NCBI GenBank assembly: GCA_018897435.1
Contig: JAHIKI010000030.1
Coordinates: 9,447 to 73,446 of the forward strand
DNA: 64,000 nt
Origin: Acidobacteriota bacterium
Lineage (GTDB): Bacteria; Acidobacteriota; Aminicenantia; UBA2199
Direction of reading: 5' to 3'
Shown: in pieces, positions 54,863 to 63,449 of the stretch
Layout: each line of letters begins with the position of its first letter
Numbering within the stretch: the first letter of the stretch is position 1
The notes under the pieces: generated by a model
Databases searched by the model: none
Told to the model about the DNA's origin: nothing
Seen by the model: the letters and a program-made list of their open reading frames with translations, nothing else
Program-made: the position numbers and the translations under genes

Positions 54863-57013
54863 ATGATGGTGCGCATGCCCTGGCGGTCAAATTTACTATT
54901 GTTGGCCCTTTTTGCTGCCTTTGCATCCTTACTTTATCCGGCTCAGGAAAAAATCCGCCAACAGGATTTTAATGTTCTGCTGATCACCATCGATACCCTG
55001 CGTTTCGACCGGGTCGGTATTCTGGATTCCCGCCATGTCAAAACTCCGAACCTGGATGCCCTGGCCAAAAAATCCTTGATATTCAGCCGGGCTTTCGCCC
55101 ATAACCCGGTCACGCTTCCTTCACACGCCAATATCCTGACCGGGACAACCCCATTGTACCATGGCATCAGTGACAACACCGGCTTTAAACTGGATAGAAA
55201 ATTTCTGACCATCCCGAAATACCTGCAGCGCCAGGGCTACCGCACCGCCGCTTTTATCGGTGCCTTTCCCCTGGATTCCCGTTTCGGTTTGGATCAGGGT
55301 TTTGACCTATATGACGATTACTACGGCACCCACAACGATCTTGAATTATTCTTCGTGGAAAGACCGGCGGAAAAAGTGATCGCCCCGGCCATGGTTTGGA
55401 TCGGCAAGCATTCTCAGAAATGGTTCGCTTGGATCCACCTGTTCGATCCCCATCAGCCCTATCTTCCTCCGTCACCGTACAAGGAAAAATACGCGGCTGA
55501 CCTTTATTCAGGAGAAGTGGCCTATGTGGATGCCCAATTGGGCGTGCTGTTCGATTTTTTACAAAAAAAACGCCTGTTGGAAAAGACCGTGATTATCCTG
55601 ACCGCCGATCATGGGGAAGCATTGGGTGAAAAGGGAGAAGAAACCCACTCTTATTTCGCTTATAACAACACAATTCATGTTCCCCTTTTTGTCCTTATCC
55701 CTGGACGCAAACCGGAAACATTCGTCAAGAATGTTTGTCACGCGGATATTTTTCCGACCGTCTGCTCCGCCCTGGGCTTGAAAAGCCCGCCCGGCTTGCA
55801 GGGCGAGTCCCTGCTTGATATTCTGGCCGCGGGAGACCGGAAAAACCCGGAAATCTATTTCGAATCTCTGACCGCATACCTGAACCGCGACTGGGCGCCT
55901 TTGCGGGGAATGATTTCCGGAAACAGCAAATTCATCGACCTGCCGATCAAGGAAGTATACGACCTGAAAAGCGATTTCAGTGAAATGAACAATTTGGCTG
56001 GCAGCAGTAAAATAGGACAATTGAAAGATTCACTGAACCGGCTGATCAAAAGATTGAAGAGCCGGCTTGCACCCGGTCGGGAAAACCGCATAGACCCGGA
56101 AGTGCAAAAGCGCCTGAAATCGCTGGGATACATTTCCGAAAGCCGGCCCGAGCAGCGGAAAAAACAATATAACGAACAGGATGATCTAAAAACCCTGCTG
56201 CCGCTGCAGAACAAGATGCTCTCTGGCGTCGCCTTATTCCATACCGGAGATCTTTCGGGCGCGGAAAAGATGATCCGCGAAGTGATTGCCGCCAGCCCGA
56301 GTTTCATCCTGGCCTACAAGCACCTGTCTTCTATGTATAGGGAAACGGGAAAAACAGTATTGGCCATAGCCATATTGGAACAGGGATTGGAAAAAAACCC
56401 CGGCGATATACGCTTGTTGTCCAAGCTGGGAATCGTGCTGGCCGATAGCGGCAAGTGGCAAAGGGCCGTCTCCATTCTTGAACTGTGCATCCGCCAGGAG
56501 GATTTCGACCCGGATAATTTCAATTTTCTCGGCATCGCCTATTACCAGGGAGGCGATTTCGCCAAGGCGCTGCAAAACTACGGCCGTGCCCTGGAGTTGG
56601 ACCGCAACAATGCTTCCGTATACAACAACATCGGCAGCGTGCATCTGCAGATTTTTCTGCGTGGCCGCGACCGGCAGGCCTTCGCCCTGGCCGAGATGAA
56701 TTTCAAGAAAGCGCTGGAGATCGACCCCAAAATGTTCGCTGCTTGCAACGGCCTGGGCGCTGCCTACAAGAAAGTCGGCCGCAATGCCGAGGCCATCGCC
56801 TACTGGCGGCAGGCCCTGGCCATCAAACCTGATTACGACTTGCCGCTGGTCAACCTGGGTATCACCCTGTTGGAGGAAGGTCGCGCCGACGAGGCCCTGG
56901 ATTGTTTTTTGAATTACCGTGAAAAGTTTTCTCATAAAATTCCCGTGGCTGAGAGAGCACGTGTTGATCGTCTGATCGTTGAGGCCAGGGCCAAACTCGA
57001 GCCCACAGGGTAG
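54863..57013 (+). CDS. sulfatase-like alkaline-phosphatase-superfamily domain fused to C-terminal TPR repeats
   Basis: The N-terminal pattern is NVLLITIDTLRFDRVG...TPNLDALA, with LTADHGEALGE further along. The position of the C/S-x-P-x-R motif reads T-L-P-S-H (Thr codon at 55112-55114). The C-terminal ~250 aa are TPR repeats. Confidence 0.8.
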   Translation: MMVRMPWRSNLLLLALFAAFASLLYPAQEKIRQQDFNVLLITIDTLRFDRVGILDSRHVKTPNLDALAKKSLIFSRAFAHNPVTLPSHANILTGTTPLYHGISDNTGFKLDRKFLTIPKYLQRQGYRTAAFIGAFPLDSRFGLDQGFDLYDDYYGTHNDLELFFVERPAEKVIAPAMVWIGKHSQKWFAWIHLFDPHQPYLPPSPYKEKYAADLYSGEVAYVDAQLGVLFDFLQKKRLLEKTVIILTADHGEALGEKGEETHSYFAYNNTIHVPLFVLIPGRKPETFVKNVCHADIFPTVCSALGLKSPPGLQGESLLDILAAGDRKNPEIYFESLTAYLNRDWAPLRGMISGNSKFIDLPIKEVYDLKSDFSEMNNLAGSSKIGQLKDSLNRLIKRLKSRLAPGRENRIDPEVQKRLKSLGYISESRPEQRKKQYNEQDDLKTLLPLQNKMLSGVALFHTGDLSGAEKMIREVIAASPSFILAYKHLSSMYRETGKTVLAIAILEQGLEKNPGDIRLLSKLGIVLADSGKWQRAVSILELCIRQEDFDPDNFNFLGIAYYQGGDFAKALQNYGRALELDRNNASVYNNIGSVHLQIFLRGRDRQAFALAEMNFKKALEIDPKMFAACNGLGAAYKKVGRNAEAIAYWRQALAIKPDYDLPLVNLGITLLEEGRADEALDCFLNYREKFSHKIPVAERARVDRLIVEARAKLEPTG

Positions 57014-57065
57014 AAAAATAGCTTTTTTTAAGGTATAATTATCCTTAAAAATATTAGGAGGCGTT

Positions 57066-58136
57066 ATGCGAAAATTCATATTGGCTGCGGCTTGGCTGTC
57101 AATGATATTTATCCTGGGTCTGACCTTGTCCGCTCAGGAGGCAATGAAAAATCCCATTCCGGAAAGCGTGCAAAACAGTCTTGACGGACTGCAGAAAACC
57201 AGGATGGCCAATGGTGTATTCAATATCCAGTACAAAAACGCCTATTTCTGGGCTTTGGAAAAAGCCGTTTACGTGAACTTGGTGTTCAGCGCCGACCTGG
57301 AAGGCGACATGGCGGAATTGAAGAGCCAGCTGAAAAAACAATACGACGAAAAAGTCGCCGTGGAAGTAAAAAAACTTGAAGAAATAAATAAAAAAATAAG
57401 GAAAGAGGAAGACAAGAAGAAATGGGAACCGCCGGCCCTGATTTATCCGGACGCATTCCATAACCTGTACATGCGGGTGCTCCTGGGCAGCCATGTCGTT
57501 CAGGAATACCGGGCGCAGGTCCCGGTAGACGGCCAAGCGGCGCTGTATTATTCGTTCGGCACCATTTTGGCACCGGGTGAGTACGACGTACTTTTAAATA
57601 TCAACCGTTTCGACAATTCCAGGGACGGCACCCAGATCATCAAATTACAAGTACCGGAACTGACGCTTACTGAAATCACCAAACCCAGGAAGGACCTGCA
57701 GATTTCCACGCCGGTATTTTTTACGGAAGTGAAGCGCTTGCTGCAGCCGGAAACAAGATTCACCGTGGTCAAGAACAAGTACGAGAACGGCCCTGCCCAG
57801 CTCGATTTTTATCCCTGCTCCAATTCCTTCAAAACCAGCGACAAGCCGACCCTGGCGTTTTTCATTTTGGGTGCGGTGGCGGTCCAAAGCGCCGAGCCAT
57901 GGAATATAGCGGCCAATATCGAGATCCGTAGCGGCATGGAACGCGTGGCCAAATTCGAGGAACTCAAACTGAGCAACCCTTATTTTTATCAGCCCATTGA
58001 ATTCATCAAAAAAGACCAAGACGTAGCCAGCCCCCTGCCGGTTGGAGATTACACGCTGGCCGTGGAACTGAAGGATAAAAACCAGGGTGATCAAGCCAAA
58101 GGAGTTTTCGAGATCGCTTTTAAAATAGTTGAATAG
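57066..58136 (+). CDS. hypothetical secreted protein
   Basis: An AGGAGG SD and a signal peptide (MRKFILAAAWLSMIFILGLTLSA) are present. The 356-aa product contains a Lys/Glu-rich helical insert. I recognise no family. Confidence 0.5.
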   Translation: MRKFILAAAWLSMIFILGLTLSAQEAMKNPIPESVQNSLDGLQKTRMANGVFNIQYKNAYFWALEKAVYVNLVFSADLEGDMAELKSQLKKQYDEKVAVEVKKLEEINKKIRKEEDKKKWEPPALIYPDAFHNLYMRVLLGSHVVQEYRAQVPVDGQAALYYSFGTILAPGEYDVLLNINRFDNSRDGTQIIKLQVPELTLTEITKPRKDLQISTPVFFTEVKRLLQPETRFTVVKNKYENGPAQLDFYPCSNSFKTSDKPTLAFFILGAVAVQSAEPWNIAANIEIRSGMERVAKFEELKLSNPYFYQPIEFIKKDQDVASPLPVGDYTLAVELKDKNQGDQAKGVFEIAFKIVE

Positions 58137-58229
58137 CTTGCCGAACCTCAAGCACAGGTGACCCTTGAGTGATATAGGTCCTGCGGTTGCGTCCGGAATG
58201 TCGGAGCCGTTCAGGATGCGCTGAAAAAA

Positions 58230-59246
58230 ATGAAACGCAAAGAGATTGTCCTGATCAAAGAGACCAAGCAGAACGAGTTCGTCAAAAAGATCATGGACGC
58301 CATCGCGCCGTTTTTGGCGATTCGTTCCGGCGACCGGGTGGCCATCAAGATCAACCTTTCGGGTTCCAAGGAGATCTACGCCAATACTCATTACGAAACC
58401 GTGGAATCTCTGATACATTACCTGCGGGAAAAATACGGCATCACTCAAATTACCGTGGTCGAAGGTTCCGATGGGGCTTATTTTTCTGCAAAGACTACCT
58501 GGGATATTTTTTACAAATTCAAATACAAGGAAGTCGAACGGCAGGGCGCGCAGCTGTGTGATCTGGATGAGCTGCCCCATGATCAAATCCTCCAGGTCGA
58601 AACCATCAGCGGGCTCCAGGAAGTGAATTTCTGCCGCTTCCCGGCTGATTACCTGATCTCGGTGGTACCGCCCAAGACGCACAACATTTTTCCGGTTTCG
58701 CTCTCCATTCCCAACCTGATCGGGTTCGTCAAGCCGGAACAGCGGGTGCTCATGTTCGGGGCTTCGGCCCAGGAGATGAAGCGCATCAATTTTTTTCAAA
58801 GCGAAAAGTACTTTCAACTGCTGCATCTGGCCAACCGCAATTTTGTAGCCTTGCTGAAGCAGATCCAGCCCTCTCTCGTGCTTATCGACGGTCTGTACGG
58901 CATGGAGGGCAAGGGGCCAATCAAGGGCAGCCCGGTATTTCACGGCTTCGCCATCGCTTCCGAGGACGCAGTGGTTGCTGACGCCCTGGCCACTCACATC
59001 ATGGGCTTCAACCCCGACGATTTGCCCTACCTGGATTTGGCCTTCCATGAAGGGCTGGGCAACAACCGCTGGCAGAACATTATCGGCATGGATCCCCAAC
59101 AAGTGAAATTCCCCTACCGACCGCACCCGCTGTTCCAAAGGCAGCGCAAGTGGCGCGAGGCGAAAAGCCGAGTTCAGGGGCATGGAGAGAAACACCCGCA
59201 AAAACAGCCGCCAAGCCATGAAGAAATTAATCCTGCAAAAGATTAA
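58230..59246 (+). CDS. DUF362-domain protein
   Basis: Contains GDRVAIKINLSG and LIDGLYGMEGKGPIKGSPV, patterns I recognise from the DUF362 family. Its 3' end overlaps larB. Confidence 0.65.
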   Translation: MKRKEIVLIKETKQNEFVKKIMDAIAPFLAIRSGDRVAIKINLSGSKEIYANTHYETVESLIHYLREKYGITQITVVEGSDGAYFSAKTTWDIFYKFKYKEVERQGAQLCDLDELPHDQILQVETISGLQEVNFCRFPADYLISVVPPKTHNIFPVSLSIPNLIGFVKPEQRVLMFGASAQEMKRINFFQSEKYFQLLHLANRNFVALLKQIQPSLVLIDGLYGMEGKGPIKGSPVFHGFAIASEDAVVADALATHIMGFNPDDLPYLDLAFHEGLGNNRWQNIIGMDPQQVKFPYRPHPLFQRQRKWREAKSRVQGHGEKHPQKQPPSHEEINPAKD

Positions 59247-59967
59247 GGATTTTAAAACCGGGAAGCTTTCCGAAAAGGAATTGTTCCTTTTTTTACAAAA
59301 TTTCCCCTTCAGCAACGATCCGCACCTCAAGCTCGATTTCCAGCGCAAGCTGCGCCGGGGCATCCCCGAGGTCATTTTCGGACAGGGCAAGAGTGTGGAA
59401 CAGTTGCGCCGCATTGTTAAAAAATTCACTGAAGTCGGCGAGGAGATGCTGATTACCCGCGTCGACGCCGAGCGCTACGCAGCGCTGAAAAATGATTTCT
59501 CCCATCTGAATTATCATGCCGCGGCCCGCATCATCACCTCGGACCGCCAAGCCAAGACCGTGAACAAGGGGAAAATACTGGTCCTGTCGGCCGGTGCCTC
59601 CGACGAAAAAGTTGCTGAGGAGGCTTATATCACTTCCCTTTACCTGGGCAATAAAACTGAAAAGGAATACGATGTGGGCGTCGCCTGCCTGGCCCGGGTC
59701 CTGAGCCTGCAAAAAAAATTTAATGCTTACTCGGTGATCATCGCCGTGGCCGGCATGGAGGGGGCCCTGCCCTCGGTCGTGGCCGGGCTGACCTCCACGC
59801 CGATCATCGCCGTCCCGACCTCGGTCGGCTACGGCAGCAATTTTGGCGGCCTGTCGGCCCTGCTCTCCATGCTAAATTCCTGCGCCGGCGGCATTTCGGT
59901 GGTCAACATCGACAACGGCTTCGGCGCCGCCTACCAGGCCACGCTGATCAACCAGAAACTTTCCTGA
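59218..59967 (+). CDS. larB: nickel-pincer cofactor biosynthesis protein LarB (NaAD carboxylase/hydrolase, PurE-like)
   Basis: Contains LDFQRKLRRGIPEVIFGQGKSVEQL, SAGASDEKVAEEA, VAGMEGALPSVVAGL and PTSVGYG...NIDNGFGAA. The start is either ATG 59218 or ATG 59182. Confidence 0.85.
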   Translation: MKKLILQKIKDFKTGKLSEKELFLFLQNFPFSNDPHLKLDFQRKLRRGIPEVIFGQGKSVEQLRRIVKKFTEVGEEMLITRVDAERYAALKNDFSHLNYHAAARIITSDRQAKTVNKGKILVLSAGASDEKVAEEAYITSLYLGNKTEKEYDVGVACLARVLSLQKKFNAYSVIIAVAGMEGALPSVVAGLTSTPIIAVPTSVGYGSNFGGLSALLSMLNSCAGGISVVNIDNGFGAAYQATLINQKLS

Positions 59968-60418
59968 TATTTTCGATAAACAAGTTGATTTTATCCAGAT
60001 GGGTGCCGGGCCAGTAGATTTTTTGGCAACTTTGGCAACGCTGAAAAATGGTTTGAGTACGAAAGACGTAAGGCGGGACAAGATCCTTGATCAGAGCCTT
60101 GTCGATCTGCGCAAGCTCGCCGTTGCACAGTGAACAGCGCGGCGGCAGGGCGAAGCCTTGCAGTTGGAATGCAGCAACGATGTCCTCAAGCTGCCGGCGA
60201 GGGTAAATAGCTTCGACCAGGCGGCTGCCACCGACGGGCATGGACTTGTGCAGCGCCACGTCCTTGGTCAGTAGAACACGGTGTTCTTTAAGGCATAGCT
60301 GCTTTAAAACGTCATCGCCGGCGCGGTTGTTATAGAAGGTGTCGAAACCGAGCATGCGCAGCCACCTGGCCGTACGGCCCAACATGACGTCGCAAGCAAA
60401 AAGGGGAGGAAGGGGCAT
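59948..60418 (-). CDS. Mut7-C RNase domain protein (PIN-like domain plus C-terminal zinc ribbon)
   Basis: FACDVMLGRTARWLRMLGFDT is followed by RCSLCNGEL...FQRCQSCQKIYWPGTH. The start is ambiguous: ATG 60418, or GTG 60439 inside the upstream hairpin. The 3' end overlaps the larB 3' end by 20 nt (convergent). Confidence 0.8.
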   Translation of the reverse strand: MPLPPLFACDVMLGRTARWLRMLGFDTFYNNRAGDDVLKQLCLKEHRVLLTKDVALHKSMPVGGSRLVEAIYPRRQLEDIVAAFQLQGFALPPRCSLCNGELAQIDKALIKDLVPPYVFRTQTIFQRCQSCQKIYWPGTHLDKINLFIENIRKVSG

Positions 60419-60429
60419 CGGGTGATGGG

Positions 60430-60475
60430 GTAGGGGCACGGCGCGTTTATCCCCGCATGGGGACCGTGCCCCTAC
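60430..60475 (-). repeat. nested palindrome / bulged stem-loop in the AAA-to-Mut7-C gap
   Basis: GTAGGGGCACGG (60430-60441) pairs perfectly with CCGTGCCCCTAC (60464-60475). Inside it lies a second hairpin, TCCCC-GCAT-GGGGA. No U-tract follows on the minus strand. Confidence 0.6.
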
Positions 60476-60481
60476 ACATGC

Positions 60482-61969
60482 TTAATATTCCTTATCGGAA
60501 GAAGCGCGCACGGCGCGGTTGTGGGCCCAGCTCCTGACCTTCTTGATCTGTTCTTCCATGGTGGTGGCCAGCGGCACCGAATTACCGAAAATGACGAAAA
60601 GATCGTCTTCGCTCAACTTGCGGTTTTCGGCAAAGGCCTCGTACATGCCGGAGATGATCGCCTGTTCAATCTCCGATCCCGACCAGTTCTTGGTGATCTG
60701 GGCCAGTTGCGGGATATTGAATTTACTCAAATCGTTTTCTCTCTTGGTCAGGTGGATAGTAAAAATTTCCTCCCTTTCCTTGCGCGTGGGCAGGTCGATA
60801 AAAAAGATCTGGTCGAAGCGGCCGCGGCGCAGCAATTCGGCCGGCAGCAGGTCAATGCGATTGGCGGTGGCGGCGATGAATATTTCCGAGGTGTGTTCCT
60901 GCATCCAGGTGAGAAAATATCCCAGGATGCGCGAGGACGAACCGTCTGTTTGCTTGTCGCTGATGCCGCTTTCTATCTCGTCGATCCAGAGCACGGCCGG
61001 GGCCACTGAATCCATGGTTTTGAGGGAGCGGGCGAATACTTCTTCCGGCGCCCCGGCGATGCCGGAATAGACCAGGTTCATGTCCATGCGGAACAGGGGC
61101 AGGTTCCATAGCGTGGCGATGATCTTGGAAGCCAGGCTCTTGCCGCAGCCGGTGACGCCCATGGTCAGGATGCCCTTGGGCTTGTCCAGGCCGAATTCGC
61201 GCGCTTCCTTGGAAAAAGCTTTTTTTCTTTTCATCAGCCAATCCTTCAGCTTGTCCAGCCCGCCCATGTCCGCCAGGGTCAGGACAGGGGATAAAAACTC
61301 CAGCACGTTTTCCTTCAGGATCAGCTGTTTTTTCTCCAAATGGATCTTTTCGATCAAACCGATATGAATGCGCGGCTGTCCCTGGAACGCCTTCATATAG
61401 GCCTTGTACGCTTCATCAAGCGTCAAACCCTGGACGGCGGTGACAAAGTTTATTTTTTCTTCCCCACTAAGCTGAACCTGGATCCCGGCTTTTTCCATGG
61501 ATTCCAGGAATTTTGCGCAGAGATTTTCCAGTTCTTCGTAATCGGGGAGTTCAAAGTGGATGATGTCGATTTCTTTTTTCAGGCTGGTCGGCAGGTAATC
61601 ATCGGGCGAGAGCAGGAAAAGAAATTTTTTGCTGTTCTTGAAATGCAGATAGCATTCGCGGATCTTGCGAATGAGGCCGGGGGAGTGGCGCAGCCGGGAG
61701 TTCAGGTCCTTAAAGACAAAGAACGCCGCTTCATTGGCGGCAAGGGCAATATCCAATGCCGCCGCCGGCTCTTTGCTGTCCGGGATCCTGGAATCGTTGC
61801 GGCTGAGGCCGTTGTGACTCTCCCACGTATAGACGTTCAGGCTTTTTAGGGTCTGCTGGCAGAGTTTTTTCAAAAAGCCTTCGATCCGTTTTTCTTCAAA
61901 AGAGACGATCTGCACGATCGGCTGCCCGGCGAGCAGTGAATCTTTGATCAGGTTAATGGACTGGTTCAT
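60482..61969 (-). CDS. AAA+ ATPase with a degenerate N-terminal domain (Ycf46-like architecture)
   Basis: A GGAGG SD precedes ATG 61969. Walker A is GVTGCGKSLASK, Walker B is VLWIDEIE and the arginine-finger region is LRRGRFDQIFFIDLP. The N-terminal ~250 aa lack a P-loop. Confidence 0.85.
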   Translation of the reverse strand: MNQSINLIKDSLLAGQPIVQIVSFEEKRIEGFLKKLCQQTLKSLNVYTWESHNGLSRNDSRIPDSKEPAAALDIALAANEAAFFVFKDLNSRLRHSPGLIRKIRECYLHFKNSKKFLFLLSPDDYLPTSLKKEIDIIHFELPDYEELENLCAKFLESMEKAGIQVQLSGEEKINFVTAVQGLTLDEAYKAYMKAFQGQPRIHIGLIEKIHLEKKQLILKENVLEFLSPVLTLADMGGLDKLKDWLMKRKKAFSKEAREFGLDKPKGILTMGVTGCGKSLASKIIATLWNLPLFRMDMNLVYSGIAGAPEEVFARSLKTMDSVAPAVLWIDEIESGISDKQTDGSSSRILGYFLTWMQEHTSEIFIAATANRIDLLPAELLRRGRFDQIFFIDLPTRKEREEIFTIHLTKRENDLSKFNIPQLAQITKNWSGSEIEQAIISGMYEAFAENRKLSEDDLFVIFGNSVPLATTMEEQIKKVRSWAHNRAVRASSDKEY

Positions 61970-62029
61970 CGGTAACCTCCATCCCGGCAAAACGTTTGAT
62001 TTTCCATAAGCTCATAGTGGTTTGAGTTT

Positions 62030-62956
62030 TCAGATCCTGAAATTCAAGGCCCTTTCGATAATGGAAAATTCAGCGGGCAGTTTTTCCCCCATTTCGCCGT
62101 CATATTCGATGTGCACTTCGTCGGGAGATTCCACCTTTATGTTACGTGCTTTCAAGATATGAACCTTGGGATTTTTGGCGATGGTTCCGGAATACAAGAG
62201 ACGGGAATTTGTCAATATTTCGAACTTCTTCATGGATTCGATGAGCACGAGGTCGAAATAACCATCGTCGGGTTCCGCCTGCGGGGCAATGATCATGCCA
62301 CCGCCGAAGATCCGCCCGTTGGCCACGGCTCCGATCAGGTATTCCCCCTGCAGCTGCTGCTTGTCGTCAATGGTCAGCTTGACGTTTTTGCTGCGGTATT
62401 TCATTATGGTGGACAGCAGGCCGCGGAAATAAGTGAAGGCGCCGCGGCGGCTGGACTTAATGTTGGAAATATTGCGGATCACTTCCGCCCCCATGCCGAA
62501 ATCAGCCACGTTGATGAAATACTGCGACCTGCTTTTTTCAACAGCGCTGCCATAGGTTATTTTTCCGATATCGATTTTTTTATTCGGGGAATTCTTGATG
62601 CGTGCGGCCGATTTTTCGAATTCCCTGGGCACTTTCATGAAGCGGATGAAATCCGATCCGGTTCCGGAAGGGATGATGCCCACAGCCGCGTCATCATTGA
62701 TGACCCGGTCGGATTGAGCGTTGAAAAAACCGTTGCTGATCTCATTCAAAGTGCCGTCGCCGCCGACGCCGATAAGCAGGTCGAACCCTTGCTTGAGCAG
62801 TTCCCGGGCGATCTCCGTGGCCTGGCGGGGCTTCTCGGTAAAAATGTACTTGAACTCCCGGAAATGCGAACGGATGGCATGCTTGATCGTTTCCCATCTT
62901 TTTTCAGTTTGGCCGCGGGCGGAAAACGGATTGACGATGACATGGACTTTATTCAT
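62030..62956 (-). CDS. diacylglycerol kinase catalytic-domain lipid kinase (YegS/BmrU-like), paralog 2
   Basis: Contains VHVIVNPFSARG, GVGGDGTLNEI and VGIIPSGTGSDF. The start overlaps the upstream gene's stop by 8 nt. Confidence 0.8.
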   Translation of the reverse strand: MNKVHVIVNPFSARGQTEKRWETIKHAIRSHFREFKYIFTEKPRQATEIARELLKQGFDLLIGVGGDGTLNEISNGFFNAQSDRVINDDAAVGIIPSGTGSDFIRFMKVPREFEKSAARIKNSPNKKIDIGKITYGSAVEKSRSQYFINVADFGMGAEVIRNISNIKSSRRGAFTYFRGLLSTIMKYRSKNVKLTIDDKQQLQGEYLIGAVANGRIFGGGMIIAPQAEPDDGYFDLVLIESMKKFEILTNSRLLYSGTIAKNPKVHILKARNIKVESPDEVHIEYDGEMGEKLPAEFSIIERALNFRI

Positions 62957-63440
62957 GTGTACTCCCGGAAGGATGGTGGAATATTTTCCTGGCGATCAGG
63001 CCGGCGACCGCCCCGGCGATGATGGAGGCCAGAACGAAGAAAACGACCCCGATAATCATCATGGTTTTGAATTGGCTGCTGGCCATGGAGGAAAGCGAAT
63101 CTTCCCGCAAAAACGGCGCCAACGATCTCGCTTTTTCAACCATCTGCTCAAACCGTTCCTGGCTGACGCCGATAATGTTCACCAGACTGAGAATGGCGAA
63201 GATGCCGCCGCCGGTCAAGCCGCTCAATGCCCCGGCCAGCATGGAATCGCTTCTTCTAAGCTGTTTATTTTCCTTGCAGAGCAGATAGATCGTCAATCCG
63301 GCACCCAATGCGATCCAGAGCATGAAAAACAGGTTGAGCAGGTTCAGGCCCGGGAAGATAGACAGTATCCCGGATGCTCCGCCTCCCAAAATAACACTTT
63401 TGCCCAGGCCGGATAATGGTTTGGAGTTGCTTTCAAACAA
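62949..63440 (-). CDS. hypothetical 4-TM membrane protein
   Basis: The 163-aa product has a TTG start and Gly-rich hydrophobic helices. It is translationally coupled to the lipid kinase gene. I recognise no family. Confidence 0.45.
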   Translation of the reverse strand: MFESNSKPLSGLGKSVILGGGASGILSIFPGLNLLNLFFMLWIALGAGLTIYLLCKENKQLRRSDSMLAGALSGLTGGGIFAILSLVNIIGVSQERFEQMVEKARSLAPFLREDSLSSMASSQFKTMMIIGVVFFVLASIIAGAVAGLIARKIFHHPSGSTHE

Positions 63441-63449
63441 ATTATGTAC

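Noticed and set aside
57645-59429. A 594-aa minus-strand ORF spanning three plus-strand genes and an intergenic gap.
   Set aside because: It is codon-aligned and antisense to the 57066 and 58230 genes, which share a frame. It crosses the 93-nt gap only by chance absence of stops. It has no motifs and no SD. The plus-strand genes have SDs, a signal peptide and DUF362/LarB motifs.
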